This document shows, piece after piece, positions 37,043-50,999 of a DNA stretch of 64,000 nt. The stretch lies in NCBI RefSeq assembly GCF_006345805.1, contig NC_042997.1, forward strand, positions 69,006,001 through 69,070,000. Direction: 5' to 3'. The position numbers and the translations under genes were made by a program. The stretch comes from Octopus sinensis. Lineage: Eukaryota. Each line of letters starts with the position of its first letter. Position 1 is the first letter of the stretch. The notes beneath the pieces were generated by a model. The model was not told the origin of the DNA and did not search any database. It saw only the letters and a program-made list of their open reading frames with translations.

Positions 37043-37440
37043 TAATTTCAACAAGAGGCCAGAAACGCGTACTGCACTTATTGCATGTGAGCTTAAAAAA
37101 TATTCCCCTGATATAGTTGCGCTTTCTGAAACTCATCTCTATCTCTCTCTCTCTCTCTCTCTGGTGAATATCAAATAAATGATCCTACTTATGGATACAC
37201 TATCTTCTACAGAAGTCTACCTGCAGGTCTGTTCAGAGAGTCTGGTATTGGGTTTCCTCTCAAGAATTCATTAGTATCCTCCATTGTAGAATTTCTAAGT
37301 GGCATATCTGAATGAACCATGTCATGCCGTATAAAACTGACAAAAGGTAGGTTTCTTACAGTTGTCAGCATTTATGCTCCAACAATGTCTCATTTCGATG
37401 AAACTGTAAGACAGTTTTATGATGGTCTATTTCAAGAAAA
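37043..37440 (+). pseudogene. RTE-clade LINE AP-endonuclease N-terminal fragment
   Basis: RPETRTALIACELKKYSPDIVALSET..GYTIFY..RESGIGFPLKN..CRIKLTKGRFLTVVSIYAPTMSH..QFYDGL. Confidence 0.85.
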
Positions 37441-38097
37441 TACCAATTTAAGACAAGCATCTCTTTGTCTGTATTTGACCGCACTACCGCTTGATGGTGA
37501 GTTGATGGTGATGGTGAGTTTATGTCACCGTAAAATAGCGGTTCGCCCAAAGAGTGCGATAGAATAAGTACTAGCCTTAACAAATAAGAAAATATCGAGT
37601 CGATTGATTTGACAAAATTTCTTCACGGTAGTGCCCCAGGATAAATGATAAAGTAAATGATAAAGGATACTAAGACAATGATTTTTAAACATACTCTGTG
37701 GAAGTACTTCCAAATGCATCAAATACAGAAACATGGAGGCTGAATAGTCCTTCATGCTGATTATTAGACAGCGAAGACAAAAAAATATGTTACATTATCT
37801 GTTTACATTTATGTGAGTGTATACATTTCTAAATAATAACCTGATTGTATCTAATGTGTTGTATATATAATGATATTTGTGTTAATTTACAGACTCATGT
37901 AGCTACAGATAATTCAGTATTTATTATTGGTACTTATGTATATAAATATGCGTTATATATATATAATCTGTGGTGTGGTGTGTGTATGTTTGTGTGTATA
38001 TAGTGTACGAGTGTGAGTAGATATTTATTGATGCTGATACTTACGTTGTGTGTGCGTGTATGTCTGTCTGTCTGTATGTATGTATGTATGTATATAT

Positions 38098-38143
<46 letters not shown>

Positions 38144-38350
38144 ATATATATATGAATATGCATTATGTATATCGTAAGAATATTAGGGGTATATCTGTCT
38201 GCATGCAACAATTTGCAGCATTATATTCATTTTATTCTTACAGGTTTCTGTTACTAGATAGAAGCGGGAAACTGTGAAAAGCAATGAACAGAATGGGAAA
38301 CAAGGAAATTGCATGGTGATACATATATATATATAGGAATATGTACTTAC

Positions 38351-38381
<31 letters not shown>

Positions 38382-38396
38382 GACAGACAGACAGAC

Positions 38397-38478
<82 letters not shown>

Positions 38479-38667
38479 TAAGAGAGAGAGAGAAACGAAG
38501 AGAGAAAGACAAAGATTTAGGGAGAGATGGAGGAAGAAAACGAGCAAGTCGAAAGAAATTAGAGATATAAATGAGAAAAATAAAATGTTAAATATAAAGA
38601 AACTGTGAGCTTACTCTGATACAGGCACACACAGTCACACATACACAGACACAGACTCAAACACACG

Positions 38668-38698
<31 letters not shown>

Positions 38699-39050
38699 AC
38701 ATGCACACAGACTCACATATATATGAATGTACATGGATACATAGATACATGTCTGTGTGCGTGTATTTTCATGTGGATGTTTGTGTGTGGAAATGTATTT
38801 GTGAGTGAGCCTACATAGCTTTATGATGTATTTGTTTATCGATTTCTGTCATTCACTGACTCATCGTTGCTAATTCTTATCTTCGGCTGATTTCAAAACG
38901 AGTCTGCGACCTTCTCTCATTGCACCAATCAAAAGTATTGCCTCTTGTTTCTGACCTTTTCTTTCTTTCTTTCTTTTTTTCACTTTCTCTCTTTCTCTTT
39001 CCTTCCTTCTTTCCTTCTCTCTTTCTTCCTTTCTTTCTTTCTTCCTTCCT

Positions 39051-39085
<35 letters not shown>

Positions 39086-39254
39086 CCGACCTCTTTGACA
39101 GTCTAACTAATGATCCTTCCTCAAAATTATCAATGTCATCGTCGGTGCTGTCGTCATTCTCGGCTGCCTCTTTCTGACTTATAATAATTATTATCATCAA
39201 CTTTATTTGTCGCCATCTACATCTGACTCTTCCTTCAACCCATCATCGTTGTCG

Positions 39255-39304
<50 letters not shown>

Positions 39305-39974
39305 GTCATCATCATCGTCGTCGTCGTCATCATTATCGTAACTACTAACTACAGAAACACCACCACTTCTTCAATGACATCATTGTTAAAATCTTCATCA
39401 CCTTCACCATTCTCTTTGCAACGTGGTCCCAGAACAGGCTAAAGATGTGGCACATCCGGCGAAGAAATTTAGTGAAACTGCTTCAAGCAATTTCATTGGT
39501 TAACTCCATACTTTTGGTCCATTCGAGCAGAACTACTTAATCGGAATGAAATAAATGAGAACCATCATTAAATAAAATATATTTAAAAAAAACACACAGC
39601 ACATCAAACATAATCAACGCAAACATTCACAGTTACAGACATTTATACATATACATTCACTAATGGGTTGCCTGTACAAATATCTGTACGACATTCGTAT
39701 AGATTTGTTTAATATGCATGAAAGTAGAAATAGTTGCCGAGAAGACCAAAATACAGTGAATGCGCAATTTTCATATTTTCATGCAGACATATGTCTACGT
39801 ATTTGCATGCATACAAGCATTCATCCACACACACATACACACACGTACATACTCGCATATATGCTTGTTCATGTGTGTATGTGTGCGTGTTTTCAATAGA
39901 TGTGAATGCCCGTGCGCACGTGCATCGACACAATGCCTATAAAGTAGAGAGTTATGCACGTGTTTTCTTTTATT

Positions 39975-40245
39975 TTTTTACTGATTTCAGTCATTTGGCT
40001 GCGGTCATGCCGGAGCACCGGCTTAAAAGTTCTTTTAGTCGAACAAATCAATCCCAGGACTTACTCTTTTTAATCCTAGTATTTATTCTATCGGTCTCTT
40101 TCGGGGACGTAAACGCACTACTATCAGTTATCAAGCACAAAGCTATGGTCGGCCCAAAGTAAAAGACAGTTGCCCAAAGTACCACACAGGGAAACTGAAC
40201 CCGGAACCATGTGGTTGGGAAGCATGCTTGTTACCACAGAGCCGT
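39975..40245 (-). mobile_element. tRNA-derived SINE, family B, near full length
   Basis: CAGTCATTTGGCTGCGGTCATGCCGGAGCACC..ACAGTTGCCCAAAGTACCAC..GAACCCGGAACCATGTGGTTGGGAAGC. Confidence 0.85.
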
Positions 40246-40699
40246 GTAAAGTTTTCACATATTTCTCATTACACTAGTATAATCAGCATAAAATATTTCT
40301 TTATTATCTTTTTTTATTATTCGTATAGTGTGCTGAACAAAATACAATATGTATTTTCTTCCCCTTTATGCTCTGAGTTCAAATCCGGGTGTATTTTCAA
40401 ATTAGCCTTTTATCCTTTGCGGAACGACATTTCCAACCAAGTTCTAGGCTCGATGACATCGACTTCAAAATTGTTATTAGCGCGTCGAACAAAATGCTTA
40501 GTGGCATTTCTTCTACTAAGACTAAGTCCTTCCTCGATCAACCTTGCCTTATGCAAATGTACTTCAGATACACAGACAAACTGTGTTTGAAAAGTGCAAT
40601 GAAAATGAAGTGCGAAAGTTTTGAATTCCTACTTATAAGTTTCCAACTGTCAGACAGGCAGCAATTACTCTGATTTGCCAGTCTGAAAATGGAGCAACT

Positions 40700-42300
40700 A
40701 CATCTAGTCAAGCAGATCGTATCTTGATAGAGTATTTGTTAAACCAACGGATAAGTATGGTGTAGTGTGACGAGAATTCAATTTGCTCGGATATTCGGAC
40801 CACGAATTGGTAATCAGCTTGGTTGACTTGAATAGAACTACTAGGCAAATACCCTGTTAGTAGGCCATCGTAACTGAGCAGTTTGCATCTTTTGCAACTT
40901 ATAACCTCTATATTTCAACGAATGTTATTAGCTTTTCACATCACATTACGACTTCTAGTGAGAGCTACAGCTAGCCATCAACTCACCAGCGGCCTTCAAC
41001 TATCATTTGAATTAGCACCCGCTCATCTCGAACTTTCAAGGACCTGATTGCAGATTTGTTGTCATATGTGCTTCTGAAACTCCAGGCCATCGACAGTTGT
41101 TGTCCCCTTGTGTTTTAGCGCACGGTCCTGACAATGCAGCCTCCGTTTAAGAAATATTCAAAGGCTTTTCTCTTCTATAGCTTGTCAGTTGCGATGGCAT
41201 TACGAAACTCTTCTTCTAGATTTCTGTCCAATTCCCTTTCCAGTCTATATCTCGCTATCGGCAGCCTCAACACTCTCAACTTCCAAATGTTCAGAGTGCG
41301 ATAAATTTTAGTTCACCTTCGTCCGCTGTTGTTTTCTTGAGAAGGGATTTCGATATCGCTGAGAAGAATTTTTTCCTTCTAACCTGTATTTGTTGTTTTG
41401 TGTTGTGACTCATTTTTATGCTATTTTCCTTTTTCCTTTCGTATTAAGTCTCTAATTATTTCATCCTCATCGCACGACAAAGCACAGCAATTCAGGTTAG
41501 TAGCGCTAGGAGACCAGGTGTTTACTCATTCAGTATTTTAATACTTTCTTTACTCTCCTCAGAGGTGCACTCGAAGTTGTGTCTCATCGTTCTCACAATT
41601 CTTCAGGGCATTCAGCGCTAAGTTGTATTTGACTCCTACAAATATAATAACTAGGTTTTCTACCCCGTACCATAGTCTCTTACTCTTCGTTTCAGGGGTT
41701 TAAACTGGAGAAAGTTCTGAGAAGGGTCTTTGGCTCGAGAGATCATTAGGACTTGCAGGCTTCCTGAAGCTTGCTTTGTCTGCTTTACCGCATTATATTA
41801 TAAAAGTCACAAACAGTCATGAATCTACGCCTTGTTAAACATCTTTCATTGTATATCTGTTTCCTTGACTCATGTTCTGAGGAACAAAAACATATATAAT
41901 AACTTCAGCCTGCGATTTGGCTGCATTTTCAGTTTTCCATGAACAGCAAGTAATACTATAGCGTTTCCCTTTTTTAATTGAGATTTCTTCTGGTATATCT
42001 TGGAGGGCATCTTATAGTCCTTGACATGAGGGAAAATATTGACCGTTTCCAATTCTTCGTAGGCATAGATATATAAATTTTCTCAAATGACAAAAATATC
42101 AGCTACAGAATTATCCTTTCTGTATTTCTTTCTTACAAGTGTGAAATGCTTATAAATTCTGTATGTTCAATAGCATTAAAAGAAGGTCTGTGCTCACACA
42201 TCATCTATATTAATGGACCATAGATATTCTTCGTTGGCGTTTGACAAGGATAATTCTGTCCCGTCGATTTCAGGAAAATGTTTTCTCACATGAAGGTTTT
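40700..42300 (-). pseudogene. Decayed LINE 5' part: ORF1 zinc knuckle and AP-endonuclease remnants
   Basis: Minus: VRGRKPSYYICRSQIQLSAECP (CCHC-like), RTLNIWKLR..RLERELD, SAIRSLKVRDERVLIQMIVEGRW; many stops. Confidence 0.5.
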
Positions 42301-42688
42301 GGGACCAATGGTAGAATATTGAAATGCATTGAACTATTATCAGGTTTATGTTGACTATTTCACCAAAACGTAGATATATATCTCAATTCTTTCTTCTTTG
42401 TATCATATTAACGTGAATATTTATGTTAAATATAGTGATAAAACTTGGATTTCAATAAATGCATCTTGCGAAAAGAAATAAAGATCGATTAATCAGAAAT
42501 CTGCATTAGATAGAGGAATAATAGAGGACAGAGAAAATGTCCTATGAGGGGGAATAGTAATGCCAGTAAATGTTGTGTTCATTTAATTATATTTTGCTTT
42601 AATTATTGTGGTCATTGTACTTTTTTTTACTTATTTCTGTGTAAATATATATATGCACGATTGAATGCATGTGTACGTACACCTGTAT

Positions 42689-42731
<43 letters not shown>

Positions 42732-44680
42732 GCGCGCACGAATACACACACACGCTCACACATACACACGCTCACACAAATATATACATATACATATATG
42801 TACATATGTAAGCACGTTCATAACTCTCACTCCTATTAACTGAAATTTCTAACCGTACTCATATATTATACTTATATGATCGATTCCGCTCCAAACTTGT
42901 AACCTTGACCTGCCTATGTTATGCTTGTGTCTCTTTGAAATATATTACATTTTTAAACACGTGAGCACATATGTATGTAAGAGCACTTGAGTATTGTAGG
43001 CTAGCAAATTTTTACCGAAGTTCATTTGCTGTTTTTTTGACCAGTGGTTATAAAAGAGGAGGTAAGGTATTCATAACCCGAGTCTGCAAATAACTGTTGA
43101 TGAAAAATTAGATAAAGTAAATTTATTTGTATTTATAATTTCTTCTAGTCTTGCTTTTGCCTAAAAAAAGTCACTATTTTAAGAATATTTTTTAGATCTT
43201 ACAACAACTTGTTAAGCCAAACTTTTAGTGTCGATGCATACTCAGACTTTTTATGGAAGTTATTCCAGAGACTTTCTTAATACTTTATGTTTCCAGAATA
43301 AAAATGCCAGAGGCCAAGAGTTAAGATTTGAATGAAGTTTCTAAAACCATTTATTCTATTTATGCTGCCATATTTTTATAGTATGGTCACAGTTGAAAGA
43401 GCAGTGTTCATGACTCTCTCTGTGTTTAGGATCTCCTAGAGTAGTGGGAAGGCAGGTTATACTTAAATCCGAGGAGTAACTTGAATTAATGTAAGAGAAT
43501 GGCCACTACTAATGTAACCCAACGGTCAGGTGATGGTTAAAGTAGGAAAAGATATTTACGTCATATTTGAGCATTTCATCTCTTAAAATATTGAGGGATT
43601 ATTAACTCGTACACGAAACTATTAGCGAATTTTGAAATTCAATAATTTCCAGTTGTGTTTATATATATATATATAGCTTGTTCTTTCCCACTCCCGTCCT
43701 ATCACTCCATGTAGCTGTTGCTCCTGTTATTCTTTTGGATACTTATATTAAACTCACGGCAGCTTTGAACAAGTACAACTATGATCAAAGGCGTTAAGGT
43801 AGTGATTACCCCCTCTTAGATACGTATGGTCTGTATCAGATTTGATGGTGAGTTGGTTAATATTTCTAGCAAATGAAATGGATGCTGCAGGCAGCCTCCT
43901 TGGCGCATTTTGTTGATAAACTTAAGTAGTATAAATCTACTGTTTACACACTTATGTCTCGACATCTGCTATATAAAATTTTGTACTTAGGACAAAAATA
44001 CTACTTGTAAACAGCAAGGCATAGTTTAAAACCTGTTAGCCAAGGCTAATTTGTACGCGGAGGCTCAAGTGAGGTAACCACAAAGTTCAGTTTTCATACT
44101 TCTCAGATTACGTTTCAACGTATTGTAATCTTTAGATTAGCAATAAACGAGGCATCTTGTACTCCTTTGACAGAAAAACAACTTTTTCTTTTCTTTCTTT
44201 GTTTCATTCTTTTGTTTTTCACTTCTTTAATTCATATACCTGTACATTTTCTATAAGGCTTCTCAACTTACAATTTTTTCTCTTTTTTTTTAGTTTATTA
44301 TTGTTTTTGATAAATAAATATACTCGCATAACACATACAGAAACACGCTGGTGCAAAACACAAGTACATACACACACGCGCGCATGCGCACGGACATACA
44401 CAGATACACACACACAAACACACACACTTATCTATATATGTGTGCGAGCATGTGCTTATGTATGGGTTTTGTGTCCGATGAAATAGATAAGCACAAGTGC
44501 GTGTGTGTTTGTGTGTGTGTGTGTGTGTATGCGTGTATGTGTGTGTGTGAGTAGTAGGAAAAAGGACAACAAAAACCAAGACAAGACGAGTATCTCAAGT
44601 CATTTGGAATATTTAATTAGAGTAGGTGAATTTGATGTAATGAATCAATTAATTAGTTAATTAACTAATTAATTATAGGG

Positions 44681-44748
44681 TGTCTTACAGCTGTTTCTGT
44701 TATTTCCCAAGTGATATGTTAGCACTGGCTATTCCGTCATCAGAGACA
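44681..44748 (-). ncRNA. Type I HHR motif with degenerate stem II
   Basis: TGTCT-CTGATGA-C..A-GAAAC-AGCT-GTA-AGACA; perfect stem I and palindromic stem III. Confidence 0.6.
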
Positions 44749-45099
44749 AGGTGAGTATGTATGGAAGTTCTTGACAGGGAAATTCATAGTTTATAAGGAA
44801 TAAAATAGGAGATAAAAGAATAACGAGCAAAACAGTAGCTAGAAACATACAGACAGGAGAATAAAGTTCATGCACCATCTTCTTCCAGAGGTTGGTCTGT
44901 ACTTCTGTGAAAGTCCTTAATTACAATCCCAGGTAAATCCTTGCAGTAATTTGGCAGTATTTTGAATGTTGCGTTCATGTTGAAGGAATAGATCAAATAG
45001 TTACCTAGTATGAAAATGGTCCACGTGAGTATAAAGAGAGAAAAAGACAGACATCATGATAGACAGATATTGGGTGTAAGTGAATAGAAGAGAGAGGAG

Positions 45100-46090
45100 A
45101 AAGAGAGAAAAGAAAGGAAGGAAGGAATGAGGGCGTGAGTAAAATCAAAGTCGAAGATCAAAAATAAAAATAAAGATAAGATGCCAGTATCATTCCTTGT
45201 TAGAGGTTCGGAGTGAAGAGGTTAGGCATTAAGGTTTTGGTAAAGCGAGAAGGAGGACAATTACGGCTATTAATTAAATAGATGAATTCTAGGTTCGGTC
45301 AGGTCAGAAAAAATATTTATTCAAGTGGTCAGTAAGGATAGCTAAAAATACACGCCTAACTCCCTTAGGAAGTATATATAAGATTAAAAATACAATTAAA
45401 TAGATAAAAGATTAAAAAAGGAATAAAAAATTAAGAATTAAGAATTAATTAAAAATTAAATATTAAAAAAGCTTATTGCAGCTAGCTAGATTCTAAGATA
45501 CTTATGCTGATAGATGAAAGAGAAAAAGCGTACGTATATTGTAACGACCGTGGATGTATTTAAGCAAGTTTTATGTGTGTTGATTTTGCTTGCATTTAGA
45601 CCTATGGAAGAATCTGAAGGTACGGTAGAACTTAGAGAATGCTTCGTGCTGTTTATTGAGTAATTGTGGAGAATCTTGAATTAATATTTGGAGGGAATTC
45701 TTTCAGGCAGAGTGCACACGTGGGGCGCTGGACTTGGTATGGGACACCATAATCTATTATGGCCCAGGATATCCTATATGGTATTTTTCTATTTTATCAG
45801 ATGGTGTATATGATTGGCTAGGGACGTGGATTTGCTTTACTCCTCATATTTAAATGAGTTCAAGTGTGCAGAATATCTCTGTTCAAAATTAATAGTAGAC
45901 CCGATGTAGTGGATAGTAGAATTGTGCAATATGTTGCGTTCAATACATTTATATACCATGTTAAAACTTCTGCAATGGGCTTGTAGCAGGCTTTCCGTCC
46001 GAGACCGGCAGCTGCAGATATCTGTCTTACGTGGATTAGTTGTGGAAAGGAATTATGCTGTACTTTTATTGGACAAGCTAAAGTTTAGGG
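45100..46090 (-). mobile_element. YRDD-type PLE 3' fragment (GIY-YIG and 3' UTR)
   Basis: CSCR..HCRSFNM..TIHYIGSTINFEQRYSAHLNSFKYEE*SKSTSLANHIHHL..PYRISWAII..PYQ..TCALCLKE. Confidence 0.8.
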
Positions 46091-46113
46091 TGGTATTAGG
46101 GGATTGGCTCTTA

Positions 46114-46171
<58 letters not shown>

Positions 46172-46189
46172 GTTTTTTCCTTCTTTCTT

Positions 46190-46640
46190 CAAATTTTCTT
46201 CTGTTTCTCGCCGAGTGTTTTCCATACACCTAGAGCAGAGAAGCTCATTGTATGCATTCCCAGATTACACACGCAAATTCACAGATAAAATATGCATTTA
46301 AAAATTAATAAATTAATAAATAAATTCATGGATGGATGTTGTTTTCACAGCGATAATACTCTTCTCAGTACATGAGCCGTTCCAGTTACTACGATTTTTT
46401 GCACTTCCTGTAGGGATGGTAAGCCTGGAATCATTTTCAAATAGGTTTCAGTAACTTTTCTTTATCATTCCTAGAGATCCTACAATCACTGGTGCTGTAG
46501 TCGCCTTGAGATGCCACATTTTTTTCTATTTCTATTAGCAGGTCTTTATATTTACTAATCTTGTCAAATTCTTTCGCCGCTTTATTGTGATCGCAAGGGA
46601 TAATCATGTCAATTAATAAACACATCTTTTTTGTCTGATC
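46190..46640 (-). mobile_element. R4/Dong-like LINE 3' fragment (restriction-like endonuclease)
   Basis: CLLIDMIIPCDHNKAAKEFDKISKYKDLLIEIEK; (TAA)n on both sides; 3' UTR homologous to 47805-47868 and 51002-51075. Confidence 0.85.
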
Positions 46641-46657
46641 TTTAATGATAATATCCG

Positions 46658-46659
<2 letters not shown>

Positions 46660-46740
<81 letters not shown>

Positions 46741-46788
46741 TATTATGATTATTATTATTATTATTATTATTATGATTATTATTATTAC

Positions 46789-46848
<60 letters not shown>

Positions 46849-46849
46849 G

Positions 46850-46886
<37 letters not shown>

Positions 46887-46887
46887 G

Positions 46888-46932
<45 letters not shown>
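46660..46932. repeat. Long (ATT)n microsatellite
   Basis: Directly visible. Confidence 0.95.
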
Positions 46933-47470
46933 TCTCTTTATTACAAACTTCTGGAGTCTTACATGCGTTGGAGCTCCTGGAGTCTCACATGCGTTGCGGG
47001 TTTGCTACCCGCAGCCTTCGGTACCATGCTATCCATTCTTTTCAGCTATCTAATACATTCCTAATTATTCTAGACGTGCCAAGGAGGCAAACCTGTTGTA
47101 AGAGTTCTACTGGGTACTCTATTTCAATTTCTTTTATATTCCCCTTGATGCCTTCCGATATTGTTCCCAAGGACTCAACAATAATTGGCGCTCTCTTCAC
47201 CTTCTTCATTTTCCATAGCCGGGCTATTTTGTACTTAAGAGGGTTGTATTTATCTATCTTTTCGCTTGCCTTCTTGACTATTCGTGGCTGAAAAGGCATG
47301 CAACATCAACTATATAGCATAAGTGGTGTATCTTGTCCACCAGCACTAGGTCCGGTCTGTTATGCTCTAGCACCTGATCTGTTTGGGTGAAAATTTCAGG
47401 GACGTTTGGCCTCATGACTGTCACGAACCGATTAGATTTTAGGATCGATACGGTACCGGACAAGGATTCT
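46933..47470 (-). mobile_element. R4/Dong-like LINE 3' fragment
   Basis: QTDQVLEHNRPDLVLVDK..CYIVDVAC, EKIDKYNPLKYKIARLWKMKKV..PIIVESLGTI..LLQQVCLLGTSRIIRNVLD. Confidence 0.9.
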
Positions 47471-47658
47471 GGATTAATTTTCCTGTTTTTTTTTTTACTT
47501 AATTTTTGAGAGTGGTTGTGTTCATTTTTAGGATTCCCGTTTGCGAGAACAGTTTATTTAAGATATTCTCCTTTTAAAAATCATCTCTGACTAATCCTTG
47601 AAAGGAAATTGGTGTTACCTTGGCGGAGGTTTGCGCTTTTGTTGTTGTTGTTGTTGTT

Positions 47659-47799
<141 letters not shown>

Positions 47800-47867
47800 T
47801 AGTTTTATTTTTATAGCGTGCTTTCACTTCACTACCGAGCGCAGCTCTGTGTGCCTTGGGTATGTGC

Positions 47868-47925
<58 letters not shown>

Positions 47926-47934
47926 CATATGCTC

Positions 47935-49900
47935 TCAACAGATTTGACTGTTGGAAAAGAAAAGAATCATAACATCGGTCTACAACATGTATCCTTAGAA
48001 GCCAAGAACCCTCCTATTGGGTTACAGCAATTAACCGTAGATACCAAGAACCCTCCTAAGTATCCTCAATTATACTAAACCGACTTTATGCCTATTTATT
48101 CAATCCATTTGTTCAAATCTTTAGGGATGCACCTATAATGCACCTAATGCACCTATAACTACTGAGATACATTTTATCCGCACTTTCCATAGTCTCTTTT
48201 TTCTATGCCTCTCATATTAATTTTTTCATCACTTGGGACTGCAAAATCAATTATCTCGAACCTTCTACTGTCTTTATCTACTACTACCAAATCAGGCCTT
48301 CTGTCAGTCTGAATTTTAAGGTCCAACAACAACTTACTTTCTAGTACTTTACTAGGTTCGTGCTCATATCATTTTTATCAGTATGTTCAAATCCTAGCTT
48401 TCTACATAGCTCCCAGTGGATTGCTCTCCCTCGATTGTCATGTATTTTCTTGTATTCTTTCTGTGCCAGCATGCTACATTCACTTACTATATGAGTAACG
48501 CTTTCCTCTTTTAATTTGCATAACCTACATTGAGAATCTACTTGGTTTTTGTCTATCTTGGCTCTTATCTATTTAAATCATAATACTTGATCTTGTTCAG
48601 CTATTAGCAAACTTTCTGTCTCCCTCTTCAGTTTTCCCTTCTGCAATCGTAACCATTTCCCACTACTGCTATTTGCTGAAAATATCTTTGGGAATCTACC
48701 ATGCAATGCTTTCTCCAGCCTGTCAATTCGGCATTTTTCCTAACACTTTACACATTAATGCACTAGTTGATCTTAGATCTGGCTGCTTCTCACTCACTAC
48801 TTCTTTCGTCACTTTCTCCACTTATACCGCATCTCCAATATGATTGACTGGCTTATCCCAAGTATTACTCCAGAACTTTCTAGCTCCTTCTACATTACGT
48901 TTTCCATCTTCATCTTTAGTACTTCGTTCTTCACTATTTATTTGGTTATAAAATTGTCTGTCTCAAATAATCTATTCTGTTGACACTGATCTATTCTTTT
49001 CTGATATCTGAACATCTTACCTGCTACTGCTATGATACACTGTTTCAACTCTTCTATTACTGTCCCAAATCTTTTCTCATCGACAAAGTATCTTTTCTCA
49101 GGGGAAGATTTGTATCTTGTGTTTCCTAACTTGTTTGTTTTTCAGGCTTCTATTCTACTCAGATTTTGTCTTAAAGTCTTCACTTTAACTTGTAGTCTCT
49201 TTTTCCACATTTGCTCTTTTTTAATCTTTCTCTGTAAGAAATCTAATATTCTGTTAACTACTACCCCGCTGTATAGATCTATAAGTTAGTGTCTCCTATA
49301 TTTTTAGAATCTATCCTACTGATCACAGAATCTACCTTTCTAGTAATTTCTAACAGCTTTCTTCTCTTGGTGCCATTTAATGCTGGCAATCTTTTTCTTA
49401 CTTTACACATTACATCCTGCAGCTCATCTAATATCTTCTGAACTTCCTCACTTAAACCACTTAAGTCGTTGGTGCCGGTTGTCCCTTCCTTATTGCTAGT
49501 GCTATTATTTTTTTCCTCTAGCTCCTTCTTTGGTTTGTTCTTTGTCTTTCCCACTGCCTGGGTTTTCTTTTCCAGTTCTCTTGTGATCTCTTCTACTTCC
49601 ATTTCTTCTCTTAACATTATTAGCTTGATCAAATAATCTCTGCTCAGTTACTTTAAAAACACATTTCTCTACCCAAAGTATTAACATTCGTTTTCTATAG
49701 CCCCATCTTTTAGGTTCATTTTCTAAACAGCACTGAATCACTATTCTGTTTTCTTCGCTGGTCCACTTCCCACTCCTTGCTCTATTACCTGCGGAAACTG
49801 TATTAAGATAATAGCTGTACTCAGTCTGCATCTATACTGAACCACTGCCGAGCGAGAGGCCTTCCCTTAAAAGTCCAGCTTCATTTTTTCTGTTACCTCC
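47935..49900 (-). mobile_element. R4/Dong-like LINE lacking the RT domain (internal deletion at ~48715-48722)
   Basis: N-terminus KWTSEENRIVIQCCLENEPKRWGYRKRM..EQRLFDQA; then KVLGKMPN*QA joined to LEKALHGRF, CRLCKLKEESVTHIVSEC, IQTDRRPDLVVVDK..IIDFAVPSD. Confidence 0.85.
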
Positions 49901-50388
49901 GCAGTTTCTTCGGAAACTCCTATCTCTCATAAACTGAGTTAAGGTAACTTTCGTCACCATCGTCACCAGCACTGTTATTTTTCGGCATAAGAAAGCTTGA
50001 AGCAACTTTCTATTGCATTATTTCTTGCACATTTGTTCTGGTGGGATGTGTGTGTGCTGCATTTTATTTTGGGGTAGGGGGATACTGTATTGTGTCAGTT
50101 CATTTTGTTATGGGGTTTGGTTTGAGTCTTCTGTTGCATTAGTTTTTATATTGTATGTTGTTTTGCAGCGCAGGTTGTATTCTTCTGTCGGGTATCGGTG
50201 GCAGATGTGTGTTTTGTTAATTTTGTTAGGCATTTACAGTAAGAGTTTATTCTTGTATGCTTTTTGGAGGTGTGTTGCATAGTAGTGTGTATGTATAACT
50301 CATAAACCAACTATTTTGTAGTATTTATGATTGTCCGCCGTTCTTTATCTTTTGGTTGGTTTTGCTATGGGATTCATTAATTATTATT

Positions 50389-50865
50389 ATTGAGTGAGAG
50401 AGCAGTGCATGCCATCAAAGTGACACTGGGGTAAAATATACGAAGCCCAATATACCCATCATGACTACCCGTCTGATAAAGGTACACCAGGCACATGCAT
50501 CACAACCATATGTGCGCGTAATGGTGATCTCATATCAAGATAAACAGCACATGACCTTGCAGGTGGGGCCCAGTTAGAATTTTCTTCAGGTTGAGTAGCC
50601 CATCCCGCTCAAAAGGTCCCTGAATAAGGGTTGTTTAAGGATGTTGAAAGAACCACCCATGTTTCCAGAGGTGAATTATTCAAACCCCAAAGAATCCCTC
50701 TCAACACATGGCTATGATGCTCCCCCACTACTTCTGCTCGTGATCAGAGATGCACATATCGTCAGCCACTAAGGGACATGCTCAACTGGTTAAGGTCAAA
50801 CAACTGACAAGCAAATCTGTGGTATTGAGCATAATATTTGCTGTAGCCCATCTCTTATACCAAGA

Positions 50866-50866
<1 letters not shown>
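50389..50866 (+). mobile_element. ~480-bp interspersed repeat, homolog of 10958-11495
   Basis: Full-length alignment in reverse orientation; followed by (ATT)n. Confidence 0.85.
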
Positions 50867-50940
<74 letters not shown>

Positions 50941-50999
50941 CATTATTGTTGTTGTTATAGTTATTATTGTTATTATTATCGTTATTTTTATTACCATCT

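Noticed and set aside
38255-38320. Possible exon after a TTATTCTTACAG acceptor-like site
   Set aside because: Stop codons in all three frames and no convincing donor
44647-44674. Perfect 28-bp palindrome
   Set aside because: Built almost entirely from TTAA/AATT units; low information
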